From contig OY970280.1 of assembly GCA_963715865.1 (NCBI GenBank), forward strand, positions 1,504,001-1,568,000: a stretch of DNA of 64,000 nucleotides, in the 5' to 3' direction. This document shows, in pieces, positions 28,818 through 37,823 of this stretch (its first letter is position 1; each line of letters opens with the position of its first letter). A program made the position numbers and the translations under genes. The notes under the pieces were generated by a model. That model searched no databases, was not told where the DNA came from, and worked only from the letters and a program-made list of their open reading frames with translations. The DNA is from Candidatus Bathyarchaeota archaeon (GTDB lineage Archaea; Thermoproteota; Bathyarchaeia; Bathyarchaeales; Bathycorpusculaceae).

Positions 28818-29174
28818 AAAATCACCTTCTAAAATACCGCTATAGAATAAACTAGTTTCGAAAAATATAAAAATTTCTATAATTAACAAGTTTCTAATTT
28901 CTGGTTTCAAGAACCTTGATTAGTCGTTACCAACCATGGAAAATACGAATACGTCATGGATGAAAACAGCGACTACGTAAAGTTACTCAAGCAAGTGTAC
29001 GGTGAAAGAGTCAAAATGCCATTCGGATACTTCTCTAAAACAATCAATATCGGATTTTAAACCCAAATTTTTTCTCAATTTTTATTGAATTCTATCAATA
29101 TTAATAAAATATGATGCTTGCTGAAACAAAGCTTATATTTTGAACGGTCGAAATAAACGGCTGAAGGATGGAGT

Positions 29175-29495
29175 ATGAAGGGAGCAATAGTATTCTTAGT
29201 AGTATTTGCTATAGCGGTCGTCATAACATTGGGCAACACGTCAATTCCACCTGGAAAAGCCATTTATCAGGCACTTTTGCCTAACACAGAAGCAGCTTCT
29301 GGCTACTTAGTCGGCGGCACTGTAGATGCAGTGACTCTAATAATTGCGGTTTTCAACGGCGTCATCTACGGATTCGTAGCTTGGCTAGTGTTTACTTTGG
29401 CAACAATGGGCAGAAAGAAACAGCCACAAAACATACAGCAAGTCGTCAACGTTAACGTCGGCGACAAAAAAGACAATGCGCCGCCGTCACCTTAA
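29175..29495 (+). CDS. Small hypothetical membrane protein
   Basis: 106 aa with two hydrophobic helices. Confidence 0.65.
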   Translation: MKGAIVFLVVFAIAVVITLGNTSIPPGKAIYQALLPNTEAASGYLVGGTVDAVTLIIAVFNGVIYGFVAWLVFTLATMGRKKQPQNIQQVVNVNVGDKKDNAPPSP

Positions 29496-29706
29496 AACTA
29501 AATGGCAAACGAGCTAAAATTTGCCCTAATTTTTTCTATCTAACTAAATCGCTGTATAATTTTCTGGCTCCGTTTTTGCGGGATAGAAAAAGTTATAGCT
29601 TCTGGAAAGATAACTAACTTGTGAATAGATATGCAGTTTTTTACCATAACTGATTGAATCCAGTGTTAAACATAAGGTTCTCGTCGTACCCTTAAACGAT
29701 AAAGAA

Positions 29707-30063
29707 ATGAATACGCTTGTTGGTCAATGCGAAAGATGCATTCCATCAATTTCTGTTTCGTCTTTAGTTCAAAATGGACACCCATATGTTATTGTTGACT
29801 TTGGCGCTGGCGGTTCATGGAAAACAGCCATAGCCCTAGAAGAGGCTTTCGAGGATGGGCATAAAATCGGCGACGAATTGGCAGTTGGAGACGTTTTAAC
29901 AGTAATTTTAACTCCTGAATCTCAAGCGGTAAAAATTTCTAAGGATAAAGTTTACATGAACGTTCCTTTGAAAGAGGTTTTAGCGTTCAGTTTCCTGTAC
30001 ACGGCAGACATGGCGGAGAACTACGCGCTATTTAACATGTACTGGCAGCCGAAAGGCGAATAA
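29707..30063 (+). CDS. Hypothetical protein
   Basis: 118-aa ORF containing CxxC; the frame is open upstream to CTG at 29650. Confidence 0.55.
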   Translation: MNTLVGQCERCIPSISVSSLVQNGHPYVIVDFGAGGSWKTAIALEEAFEDGHKIGDELAVGDVLTVILTPESQAVKISKDKVYMNVPLKEVLAFSFLYTADMAENYALFNMYWQPKGE

Positions 30064-30070
30064 ACATTTC

Positions 30071-30721
30071 TTAGCGTAGGTAACGCAGAAACCAATCTGT
30101 TGATAGTTTAGCGACTTCTTCAAGTTTGCCTGGTTCCTCAAAAAGGTGAGTAGCGCCCGGAATAATTACGAGCTTTTTTTCAGCGGACATTTGCTCCATC
30201 GCCTGCCTGTTTAGCTCAATCACCACCGTATCCAAACCGCCCACCAACAAAAGAGTCGGCGCCACCACTCTTGCAAGATAATCACCTGCTAGGTCAGGCC
30301 GTCCTCCACGCGAAACCACAGCCGCAATATCGCTTGGAAGCTTTGCAGCCGCAATTAAAGCCGCCGCCGCTCCTGTACTTGCCCCAAAATATCCGAAGAC
30401 TATATTTTTTGTATCTAGGTCTTTATTGAGCCATTCAGTTGCGCCTATCAGGCGCTCAGCGAGTAAGTTGATGTTGAACCTGTATTCTGCTGTTTCTATG
30501 TCTTCTTGGTCTTCTTCATTGGTGAGCAGGTCGAATAGTAATGTTCCGATTCTTGCCTTGTTAAACTGTTTTGCTACGTATTGGTTTCTTGGGCTGAATC
30601 TGCTGCTGCCGCTTCCATGGGCAAATAACACGACGCCTTTAGCGCCGGAAGGAACGGTTAAGTTGCCTTCTACAACTACACTGCCAACGGGAATTCTAAC
30701 AACGGTTTCTTGATGAATCAT
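30071..30721 (-). CDS. Dienelactone hydrolase-like alpha/beta hydrolase
   Basis: AHGSGSSRFSPRN, GYFGASTGAA nucleophile elbow, VGGLD, ATHLFEEPG. Confidence 0.86.
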   Translation of the reverse strand: MIHQETVVRIPVGSVVVEGNLTVPSGAKGVVLFAHGSGSSRFSPRNQYVAKQFNKARIGTLLFDLLTNEEDQEDIETAEYRFNINLLAERLIGATEWLNKDLDTKNIVFGYFGASTGAAAALIAAAKLPSDIAAVVSRGGRPDLAGDYLARVVAPTLLLVGGLDTVVIELNRQAMEQMSAEKKLVIIPGATHLFEEPGKLEEVAKLSTDWFLRYLR

Positions 30722-31392
30722 GCCGTCACTATCCCCGCTGGTTTCTCACGACTTTTCTGTTTGCTTTGTTTGAGTAGTTGGATTACTTCTTCGTCGGTAG
30801 TTTGGTTAAAATCCGTGTAGAATTGTCCTATTGCCTGGAAATATTCAGGAGCGTAGAGACAAACGACTCGGTCTGCTTGTTTTTTTAACTCTTTAATGGT
30901 TGAAGGTGGACCAACTGGAACGGCAACGGTAACGGTGCTTGCGCCTCTGTTTTTGACTGAAGCCAAGGCTGCTTTCATAGTTGAGCCTGTAGCTATCCCG
31001 TCATCCACAATAACTACGTCGAGACCTTTTAAGCTGGGATAAGGCTCGTTTTGCCTGTATAATTTTAGCCTGCGCTCGATTTCATGTTTTTGCCGCTCGC
31101 TTTCCGCCTTAATGTAATCCCTTTGGACTCCTATGTACGTGATTAGGTTGTCGTCGAGGATTATGGTTCCGTCCTCGGTCATGGCGCCTATGGCTAATTC
31201 AGGATTGTCAGGTGCTCCAATTTTTCGTGGAATAATAACGTCTAAGGGAAGGCTGAGCGCTTTCGCGATTTCGTAGCCTACAACTACGCCGCCTCTTGGA
31301 ATTGCTAAAACAATCCCGTTTTTTCCATCAAAATCCCTCATGGCTGAAGCCAAGCGTTTTCCAGCTTCAACTCTATCCGAAAAATAAGCCAT
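30718..31392 (-). CDS. Phosphoribosyltransferase-family protein
   Basis: AIPRGGVVV, RKIGAPDNPELAIGA, VIVDDGIATGST PRPP loop; overlaps the hydrolase start by 4 nt. Confidence 0.88.
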   Translation of the reverse strand: MAYFSDRVEAGKRLASAMRDFDGKNGIVLAIPRGGVVVGYEIAKALSLPLDVIIPRKIGAPDNPELAIGAMTEDGTIILDDNLITYIGVQRDYIKAESERQKHEIERRLKLYRQNEPYPSLKGLDVVIVDDGIATGSTMKAALASVKNRGASTVTVAVPVGPPSTIKELKKQADRVVCLYAPEYFQAIGQFYTDFNQTTDEEVIQLLKQSKQKSREKPAGIVTA

Positions 31393-31505
31393 TTTTTTAT
31401 TCCTCAGAAAATTTACTGTTTGATATAGAGTAGCTTGTAATATAAAAAGTGGTTGACATCATCATTGAGGGGTATACCCCAAAAGAGCACTTGAATTTTG
31501 ACGTG

Positions 31506-33908
31506 TTAGGTTTTCTTGGTTAGCCACAGGTTCTCCTTGTCGAAGGCGAATTCGCTGAACCTTTGAATATAGTAGAGTCTTAGGTATTCGCCTGCAAACT
31601 TTGCTTGGAATGGAAGGTCTTGCGGTGAAAGACGCTTCTTCCTTCTAAGTTGTTCTTTGATGGCGGCTTCCGCAGTTGGATAGTTGAGTAGAAACTCTTT
31701 TCGCTCATTATAAACCGCCAACGTCTGCATTGTCTCATCCACGTAAGACAGGTACTTGGGCAAGTTTTCCATTATTTGGTTAATCGTGCAGTTCGATGGG
31801 TTTGCGAGAGTTTCAGTTGCTTTCTTTAGGCGTTCCCGCAAGGTGGAGTTTTTCTCCCACAAATAATCCTTTGTCGGCAATAAACGCTCAATTGCCTCTT
31901 CCTCGCTAATCAGTTCAGCATACAGCATTGAGAGCACGTCTTTGGAAATCCCGAGGAAAGATTGAATGTCATCTTTCAACGCAATAACATCTACAATGTT
32001 TAGCTGGTCTTTCTCAGCTTTCTTCTCCGTTGCCACTTTCATTGCCTCAGCTTTCTTGGCATGCTCCAGCACTTTGGGCAGGTTTTCACCAAAAATCGGC
32101 GGCAAAACTTCGCTTTCACCACTCAAATTGGCTATTGGCGCCAAGGAGCTTTTAAGATACTTCATCGACGCCAGGATTTCAGCGCCATACTGCTTCTTCC
32201 AATTATTCAATGAACTGTACAATGCTTCTATAGCAATCCATGGTGCCTCTTTTTCCCCTAGCTTTTGCATCGTGAACTCTATCGCTCGGCTTTTCTCTGG
32301 AAGAGTCGGATCATACAAAGGCCTAATAATCCCGTAAATTGGCTCAGCAACAGTAACAACATCCTTGGCAAGAACCCTTCCTCCGTCTAAGACTTGTTTG
32401 ATAGCTTCTATTCTTGCTTCAAGAGGCATTTCTTTTTGGAAACCAGCGTTCACTGTGGATTTGATGTCTAAGCCGCTGTCTTTGAGTTTTCCTACCCAGT
32501 TAGAAAATTCGCAATTAGCAAAAATCTGGTACTCTGACAGTATAATGTTGAGTTCTGATTCTAAACCGTCGATGTCTTTGCTTAACTTTTCTAACTCCTC
32601 AAATTTCTGGTTCAATTCTGACAGTTCATAAAGCCGCATCTCAAACTTTCTCAGCAGGTCTTCAAGCGAGTCTTTGATAACTAACATTTTACCTTCAGGA
32701 GAACTCACAACCACAGGAATATTCTCCTTAACATTATTCAGTTGGCCCTCAAAAACCTGCAACCGACCCATAAGCGCTTGAGCTTTCTCAGTAATCTCTG
32801 AAGTTGTCGCCGTTTGTTTAGGAGTATAATCAATGAAGGCTGCAGGAAGCGTAAATAAAAGCGTAGCCAAAGTACCAAACACCATCGTTGCTGGGCTAAC
32901 ATTTGCGGTAAAAGCTAATCCATATTGAAGAGCCCCAAGCATGATAAAGAAGAACGCTGCGGCACAAGTAGCCATGAAAGATGGAATAATCCTATCGGCA
33001 AACGACTTGCTACCTTCTGGCACCAACAGCCTTGCTAGGAAAACAAGCGCCAGAGAAAGCCCTGCCACAATGACGATAAACATCAGCATGCCAGGAACAG
33101 AATCACGATACTGTGTTAACGCATCCGAAAGGGTGCGCCCAGCGAAATTAGGTTGCCATGTAAGCTGGCCAGTAATTGCATAAACAGCTTGGGACGCGTC
33201 ATACAATCGAAACTGACTCATAGAAGAACCAAGGTCTGCCAAAATCTGGTTCAAAGGCACAAAAACAGGCGGACTTGAACCAGGTGCAAGCCACCAGTCA
33301 GGCCTAGCAATTTTTGCAACTGTATAATTGAAGTACTGAACGATCTGAAGGGGGACCGTAATTAAAACGTAATACACGATGGTTAAGGCAACTTGTTTTT
33401 TAAAGAATACCGCTGAAGCCAAAATCAATGGAATAGCCAAGAAATAGGTTGAAGTAGAGAAGAGACTTGTGACGGCTAACAGGCCTAAATCAATGGCAAG
33501 AGCGCTCTTGTAGCGGTGAAAAACTATGGGTAAAACGATAAACAAAGTCATCCAGACAACAAGTATTGCTATGCGAACCTGTATTTCCCCGAGGAAGGAA
33601 ATAAAGTACAATTCGGCCAAATGATACATCAAGCCTAACCCAATAACAGCGCCACCAATAGGCATCCCAAACCTCGGATCCTTAAAAGTTACAAACGCCA
33701 CTAGAACCGCAAGTAAAATTGGCACGGGTTGAGGAAATAGCGGCAAAAAAGACATCCCTAATGCCATAGCGGCAAGCGTTACAAAAAAAGTGATGATCTT
33801 AAGCGGCGCTGGCTCAGAAATACGCTGTTGCTCTTGTTTTTCCTTGCTTTTCTGCTTCCTTTCCTTATACCATGAGCGTACACCAGAAAAATTAATTGCC
33901 TTCTTCAA
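31506..33908 (-). CDS. Polytopic membrane protein (~9 TM) with ~440-aa C-terminal coiled-coil region
   Basis: 800-aa ORF; hydrophobic N-terminal ~360 aa, then a heptad-rich charged helical region. Confidence 0.8.
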   Translation of the reverse strand: MKKAINFSGVRSWYKERKQKSKEKQEQQRISEPAPLKIITFFVTLAAMALGMSFLPLFPQPVPILLAVLVAFVTFKDPRFGMPIGGAVIGLGLMYHLAELYFISFLGEIQVRIAILVVWMTLFIVLPIVFHRYKSALAIDLGLLAVTSLFSTSTYFLAIPLILASAVFFKKQVALTIVYYVLITVPLQIVQYFNYTVAKIARPDWWLAPGSSPPVFVPLNQILADLGSSMSQFRLYDASQAVYAITGQLTWQPNFAGRTLSDALTQYRDSVPGMLMFIVIVAGLSLALVFLARLLVPEGSKSFADRIIPSFMATCAAAFFFIMLGALQYGLAFTANVSPATMVFGTLATLLFTLPAAFIDYTPKQTATTSEITEKAQALMGRLQVFEGQLNNVKENIPVVVSSPEGKMLVIKDSLEDLLRKFEMRLYELSELNQKFEELEKLSKDIDGLESELNIILSEYQIFANCEFSNWVGKLKDSGLDIKSTVNAGFQKEMPLEARIEAIKQVLDGGRVLAKDVVTVAEPIYGIIRPLYDPTLPEKSRAIEFTMQKLGEKEAPWIAIEALYSSLNNWKKQYGAEILASMKYLKSSLAPIANLSGESEVLPPIFGENLPKVLEHAKKAEAMKVATEKKAEKDQLNIVDVIALKDDIQSFLGISKDVLSMLYAELISEEEAIERLLPTKDYLWEKNSTLRERLKKATETLANPSNCTINQIMENLPKYLSYVDETMQTLAVYNERKEFLLNYPTAEAAIKEQLRRKKRLSPQDLPFQAKFAGEYLRLYYIQRFSEFAFDKENLWLTKKT

Positions 33909-33969
33909 ACGACTTACCTAAAACCTTATTTTGGGTAGAGTCTTCTTAAATGTTACGTAGGTACCTCGG

Positions 33970-35127
33970 ATGAAAGATGGCAAAAGCTCTTTTAACATTC
34001 TGGAAAGCATTAAGAATCACATAGAAACGTTAAAACCATTACTGCCAAAGCAAGCCATAGTTTGCATTGGCGAATACCCCATCAAGATATTTTTAAAAGA
34101 ACCATACGTTAACAAAGTAAACGAAACGTTGCCGATTCTCATTGGAAAATCAAGCGATGATATTTTTAAATGGATACCAAAAGGTTATGACCCATACTTT
34201 ATTTTAGGTTTTGAAGACGCAGACATTGACACTCATTTCTGGTATAACGTGTTACCATTTATTTCAAAGGATGAAACTTTAATCGGAGGCTTAAAGAAAA
34301 AACCCATCGAAAAACTGCACAGCGCCATAATAGTCGCATCAATATGGGATGGAATTGGCAGCGCTTCATTACCAACCTTAATATCGAAATTCAAAGCCTC
34401 AAACATACATTCACTATCCATAGCCATATTGCCCTCAAAAATACAGCCCACAGATGCATACTTCAACACGATTGCATCATTAGGAATGTGTGCGTCCACC
34501 GATGCTACAACAGTTCTGCTCATAGACAGAGACCACCTTGAAAACTATGAAGGCGTCGATAGAAATGGCTCCCTAATAAAAGGCAACATAATCGCAAATT
34601 ACTTAGTGAACCTATTGTTAGCTAAAGAAACGCTTGTTCAAGAAATCTCCGAGCTATCCAGAACATTCAACGTCAAAATGTACACTGTTCTATTAGCCAC
34701 AGGAGCAAGCATCAAAATTTACGGTTCCCTAGAAAACATGCTAAACGCAACATTGCTCAAGCCCCTTTTAGATTTTGATTTATCAAGCGCTTCATTACTC
34801 TATGTTCTTCTACGCATGCCCATAAGCCTAAAGGATAAGCTTCCAAGAGGAAAAATCGAGTTAGCCATAGCAGGCTGGTTTAAGGAAAAAGCTAACCTTA
34901 AATCCATCTACATAACCGAACCCAGCTACGTCGAAGACACAAGTGACCGAATAGACCTAGCCTTATTTGTTGGCGGCTTTGACACTACCAAAATGTTCAA
35001 TGACTTCGATAAGAAAGTTAAAAGTTTGAAAAGTCGCGCAGTTGAAAAAGGTTTCATAAAAGAGGAAGATTGGCAAATCATTATGAAAAATTTGGAAGGA
35101 CAGAAGGAGCAGCAAACTCCTTCCTAA
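33970..35127 (+). CDS. Degenerate FtsZ/tubulin-fold protein (predicted pseudo-GTPase)
   Basis: By-eye match to FtsZ: AIIVASIWDGIGSASLP (T4 region), SIAILPS (T5), LLIDRDHL (T6), DFDLSSASLLYVLL, DRIDLALFVGG (C-terminal domain). Gly-rich loops are eroded. Confidence 0.7.
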   Translation: MKDGKSSFNILESIKNHIETLKPLLPKQAIVCIGEYPIKIFLKEPYVNKVNETLPILIGKSSDDIFKWIPKGYDPYFILGFEDADIDTHFWYNVLPFISKDETLIGGLKKKPIEKLHSAIIVASIWDGIGSASLPTLISKFKASNIHSLSIAILPSKIQPTDAYFNTIASLGMCASTDATTVLLIDRDHLENYEGVDRNGSLIKGNIIANYLVNLLLAKETLVQEISELSRTFNVKMYTVLLATGASIKIYGSLENMLNATLLKPLLDFDLSSASLLYVLLRMPISLKDKLPRGKIELAIAGWFKEKANLKSIYITEPSYVEDTSDRIDLALFVGGFDTTKMFNDFDKKVKSLKSRAVEKGFIKEEDWQIIMKNLEGQKEQQTPS

Positions 35128-35129
35128 GT

Positions 35130-37790
35130 TTACTTTTTGTTTTGATTGCTGTTGCTGTTGTTGTGATTGCTGTTGTGATTTATCTCTTTAATGATTTGTA
35201 CAGCGGACACTCCGTGCTCAATTAGGTAAGATCTGGATAGGTGTCTTTCGAAATCACTAGATTTGCTGTAAAGTAGTTGCATTTCGTCGTAGGCTTCCAT
35301 GTCTTCAGGTCTTCCTCTACCGCCTACAACCAGTAATCTTGTTGTCCATGGGTCACGAGAGTCAATTACACGAACGGTAATTGTTCTTGACACTTCGCTG
35401 GTAACGTAGCCTGCTAATGCAGTGTAGACTTCTTGAGACAATTCTTCTGTCCACAGGTTTGGAGGTGCTTGCACAGTAACCCAAAGGTAATCTGTCCTGT
35501 AAACTGGTTTATAGCCCATAATGCTTGGCGTTTTGAAAATCCTAATTACACTTTTCATGTAATCCTTAAAGTGGTCCATGTCAAGTATATCTTTGAATAT
35601 TACGTCTCTTGTAAGACTCTCTTCCTGTTCAGTGAGTATCTTGAAGATTATCTTAAGTTGTTCGCTTTCAGTGAGGTCAGCTGACTTCACAAAGTATTTC
35701 TTAGGCGCGACAATGTCAGCAATCTTTTCTCTATATTCCCTGTGTAAATCTACGATCTTATTCAGTCTCTTCCGGTAATCAGACGTAAGTTCAAGTCTCT
35801 TTGTTAATTTTTCGTAAAGTTTAATTGCACTGTCAACTTTGCCCAGGTTCTCAAGCGCATAAGATTCTTCTTCCCCTATCCTCCTCAGGTCACGCTCAAG
35901 ATTCAAAAGCTGTTCTCTAGCATACCGTTTTGTGCTGAAAACTTTTCTTAGCTGCATTTCCATTTTTGACTTATCAAATTCTTTTCGTTTCTTTGTCTCT
36001 TGCACTCTCATGACTTCGTTGTCGAAATTGCCCCTTTTCTGCATTCGTTTTGCCAAGATTTCGTTAATGTAGGTTAAATGTTCATCAATCATTCTTGCCT
36101 CGTCGAATGGCGTTCTAAGTATCATCTGAACTACAAGGTAGATTGTTGCCAGTTCTGATTGAATGTCTTTTAAGTCTTCTAGTTCGCGTATGGATTCTGG
36201 AAGCACTTCATAGTACCTTATTAAAGCGTCAGTTAGGTATCTGGTTTCGTCATAGAATTTCAGGATGTTGAGGGATTTTTCAGCGAGCTCTGAAAGATTT
36301 ACTAAATCCTCCAAAATCTTCTTTTGCCTTAAGGTAAAGGCTTGTGAGCTAGGAATCAATTGCTTGAGCCGATCTAAGATAACTGCCTTTCTCTCAGAGA
36401 ATTCTAAATGTGTTTTTGTTAGGTTGGTAAGTAAGGCTTCTATATTATCTACTTTCCTTGAGCCATCTTTGCGCAATGTTAGGTTTATTATGGCGTCTTC
36501 GATTGGCCCTGTTTTTCCCATTAACTTTATGGTTGACAGGAACTTCATGATTTCGCTTAACCAGTTTTTAACCTGTATTTCGATGCCTTTAACATGTAAT
36601 TCTAAGTCATCTTCAAGTCGTGGATTGCTGTTAATGGTTGTCTTAAGTTTTTCCTCGAACTGTTCTTCGTTGAAAGTACCTGTTTTTATAAGGTAATTCT
36701 TGAAAAGGTCCCTTGTTATTTCATAATCCACTTTTATGATGTTGTTGATTTCATCGAGGATGTCTAGTTTTTCTTTTCTCAGTTCCTGTAGAAGTTGAAT
36801 TCCTTCAAAATTCAACTTATAAGCTGAGATGTATTCTTCAACAGGATAGACTACCTTGACCATACCCAATGTGTGCGATGAATTGTTGGTGAGTCCGACT
36901 TCTGTGCCGATTCCTCCTAGAAGGTCTGCCAAGTCAAAGTCCATTAAGGTGTAAAGCATGTCCACAACCATGTCGTCCATTTCTTTTCGGGCATTAACAA
37001 TGTTGCCTACTTTTGAGAAAGCAGGTAATAGCGGCAAGTAGATTAGAGCATTCAAAGGATTTCTATAGTAGTCACCGTAGGATTTTATGACAAATTCATT
37101 GTAATCCTTATTCAACAACAGCGAAAGTTCATTCATCGACACAAATGCGGAGCATCCTTTTGCTGGAGGGTCATCTCCGCCACAAGGAGTTATTACGAAA
37201 GCTATTATTGGTACGCCAGAACCTAACACTTTTCGTAAATGTCTAGCGAAATCAAAGAATATACCGCTTCCAGTGCCACCGCCTAATCCATAAACCAAAA
37301 CCACTGTCGGCGTAATTATTGATGAAAGGGCTTGCTCTTTGAATGAGTTTATGCAGTTTTTGATTATTCCAAGTTGGTAATAGTTTAAGGCGTAGATTGC
37401 TTTTGCTAAGGCTCTTCTTCTGCCTGCGCCGCCAGCCATCGGCGGAATAGCCATTGTCGATTGTAGCCAAGGAATAAAGTTTTCAAGTTTTGCCCCTTCG
37501 CCTACGAGGTATTCGTTGTATTTTTGGTTGATGAAGTCGAACATTGCCTCGGCAGTTGGGAATTTTACTGATTGGGCGATTAGGCGCATTCTTTCGCTTG
37601 GGATACCTGCTTTTATCATCGATTTCTGTATTTGTTCATGGGTTTCCTGTAAACTTCTGATTTCAGGGTCAGCGATATCGATAGCTAAAAGAGAAAGCCT
37701 TGTAAGGTCATTCTGCATCAGCTCCTTAGTTTTTTTGTTTGATAAAAAAGCTTCTACAATGTTAGTTCCAGCTGAACCCAGCCCTATCAC
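35130..37790 (-). CDS. FtsZ/tubulin-superfamily GTPase with large coiled-coil insertion; true start probably 9-11 codons upstream
   Basis: VIGLGSAGTN (T1), GGAGRRR (T3), LGGGTGSG (T4 signature), ITP (T5), MDFDLADL (T7-like), long helical insert, then an FtsZ-like C-terminal domain. Confidence 0.88.
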   Translation of the reverse strand: MIGLGSAGTNIVEAFLSNKKTKELMQNDLTRLSLLAIDIADPEIRSLQETHEQIQKSMIKAGIPSERMRLIAQSVKFPTAEAMFDFINQKYNEYLVGEGAKLENFIPWLQSTMAIPPMAGGAGRRRALAKAIYALNYYQLGIIKNCINSFKEQALSSIITPTVVLVYGLGGGTGSGIFFDFARHLRKVLGSGVPIIAFVITPCGGDDPPAKGCSAFVSMNELSLLLNKDYNEFVIKSYGDYYRNPLNALIYLPLLPAFSKVGNIVNARKEMDDMVVDMLYTLMDFDLADLLGGIGTEVGLTNNSSHTLGMVKVVYPVEEYISAYKLNFEGIQLLQELRKEKLDILDEINNIIKVDYEITRDLFKNYLIKTGTFNEEQFEEKLKTTINSNPRLEDDLELHVKGIEIQVKNWLSEIMKFLSTIKLMGKTGPIEDAIINLTLRKDGSRKVDNIEALLTNLTKTHLEFSERKAVILDRLKQLIPSSQAFTLRQKKILEDLVNLSELAEKSLNILKFYDETRYLTDALIRYYEVLPESIRELEDLKDIQSELATIYLVVQMILRTPFDEARMIDEHLTYINEILAKRMQKRGNFDNEVMRVQETKKRKEFDKSKMEMQLRKVFSTKRYAREQLLNLERDLRRIGEEESYALENLGKVDSAIKLYEKLTKRLELTSDYRKRLNKIVDLHREYREKIADIVAPKKYFVKSADLTESEQLKIIFKILTEQEESLTRDVIFKDILDMDHFKDYMKSVIRIFKTPSIMGYKPVYRTDYLWVTVQAPPNLWTEELSQEVYTALAGYVTSEVSRTITVRVIDSRDPWTTRLLVVGGRGRPEDMEAYDEMQLLYSKSSDFERHLSRSYLIEHGVSAVQIIKEINHNSNHNNSNSNQNKK

Positions 37791-37823
37791 TTGTACACTG
37801 TTTTGATAGAATCTCGTAGGTTG

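Noticed and set aside
28919-29059. Start-less coding-like fragment LVVTNHGKYEYVMDENSDYVKLLKQVYGERVKMPFGYFSKTINIGF
   Set aside because: It is preceded by an in-frame stop and I recognised no family; possibly a gene remnant but unsupported.
33970-37790. Calling either tubulin-fold gene canonical ftsZ or cetZ
   Set aside because: The 886-aa protein has a very large insert and an atypical T3 loop, and the 385-aa protein lacks the Gly-rich loops, so no gene symbol was assigned.
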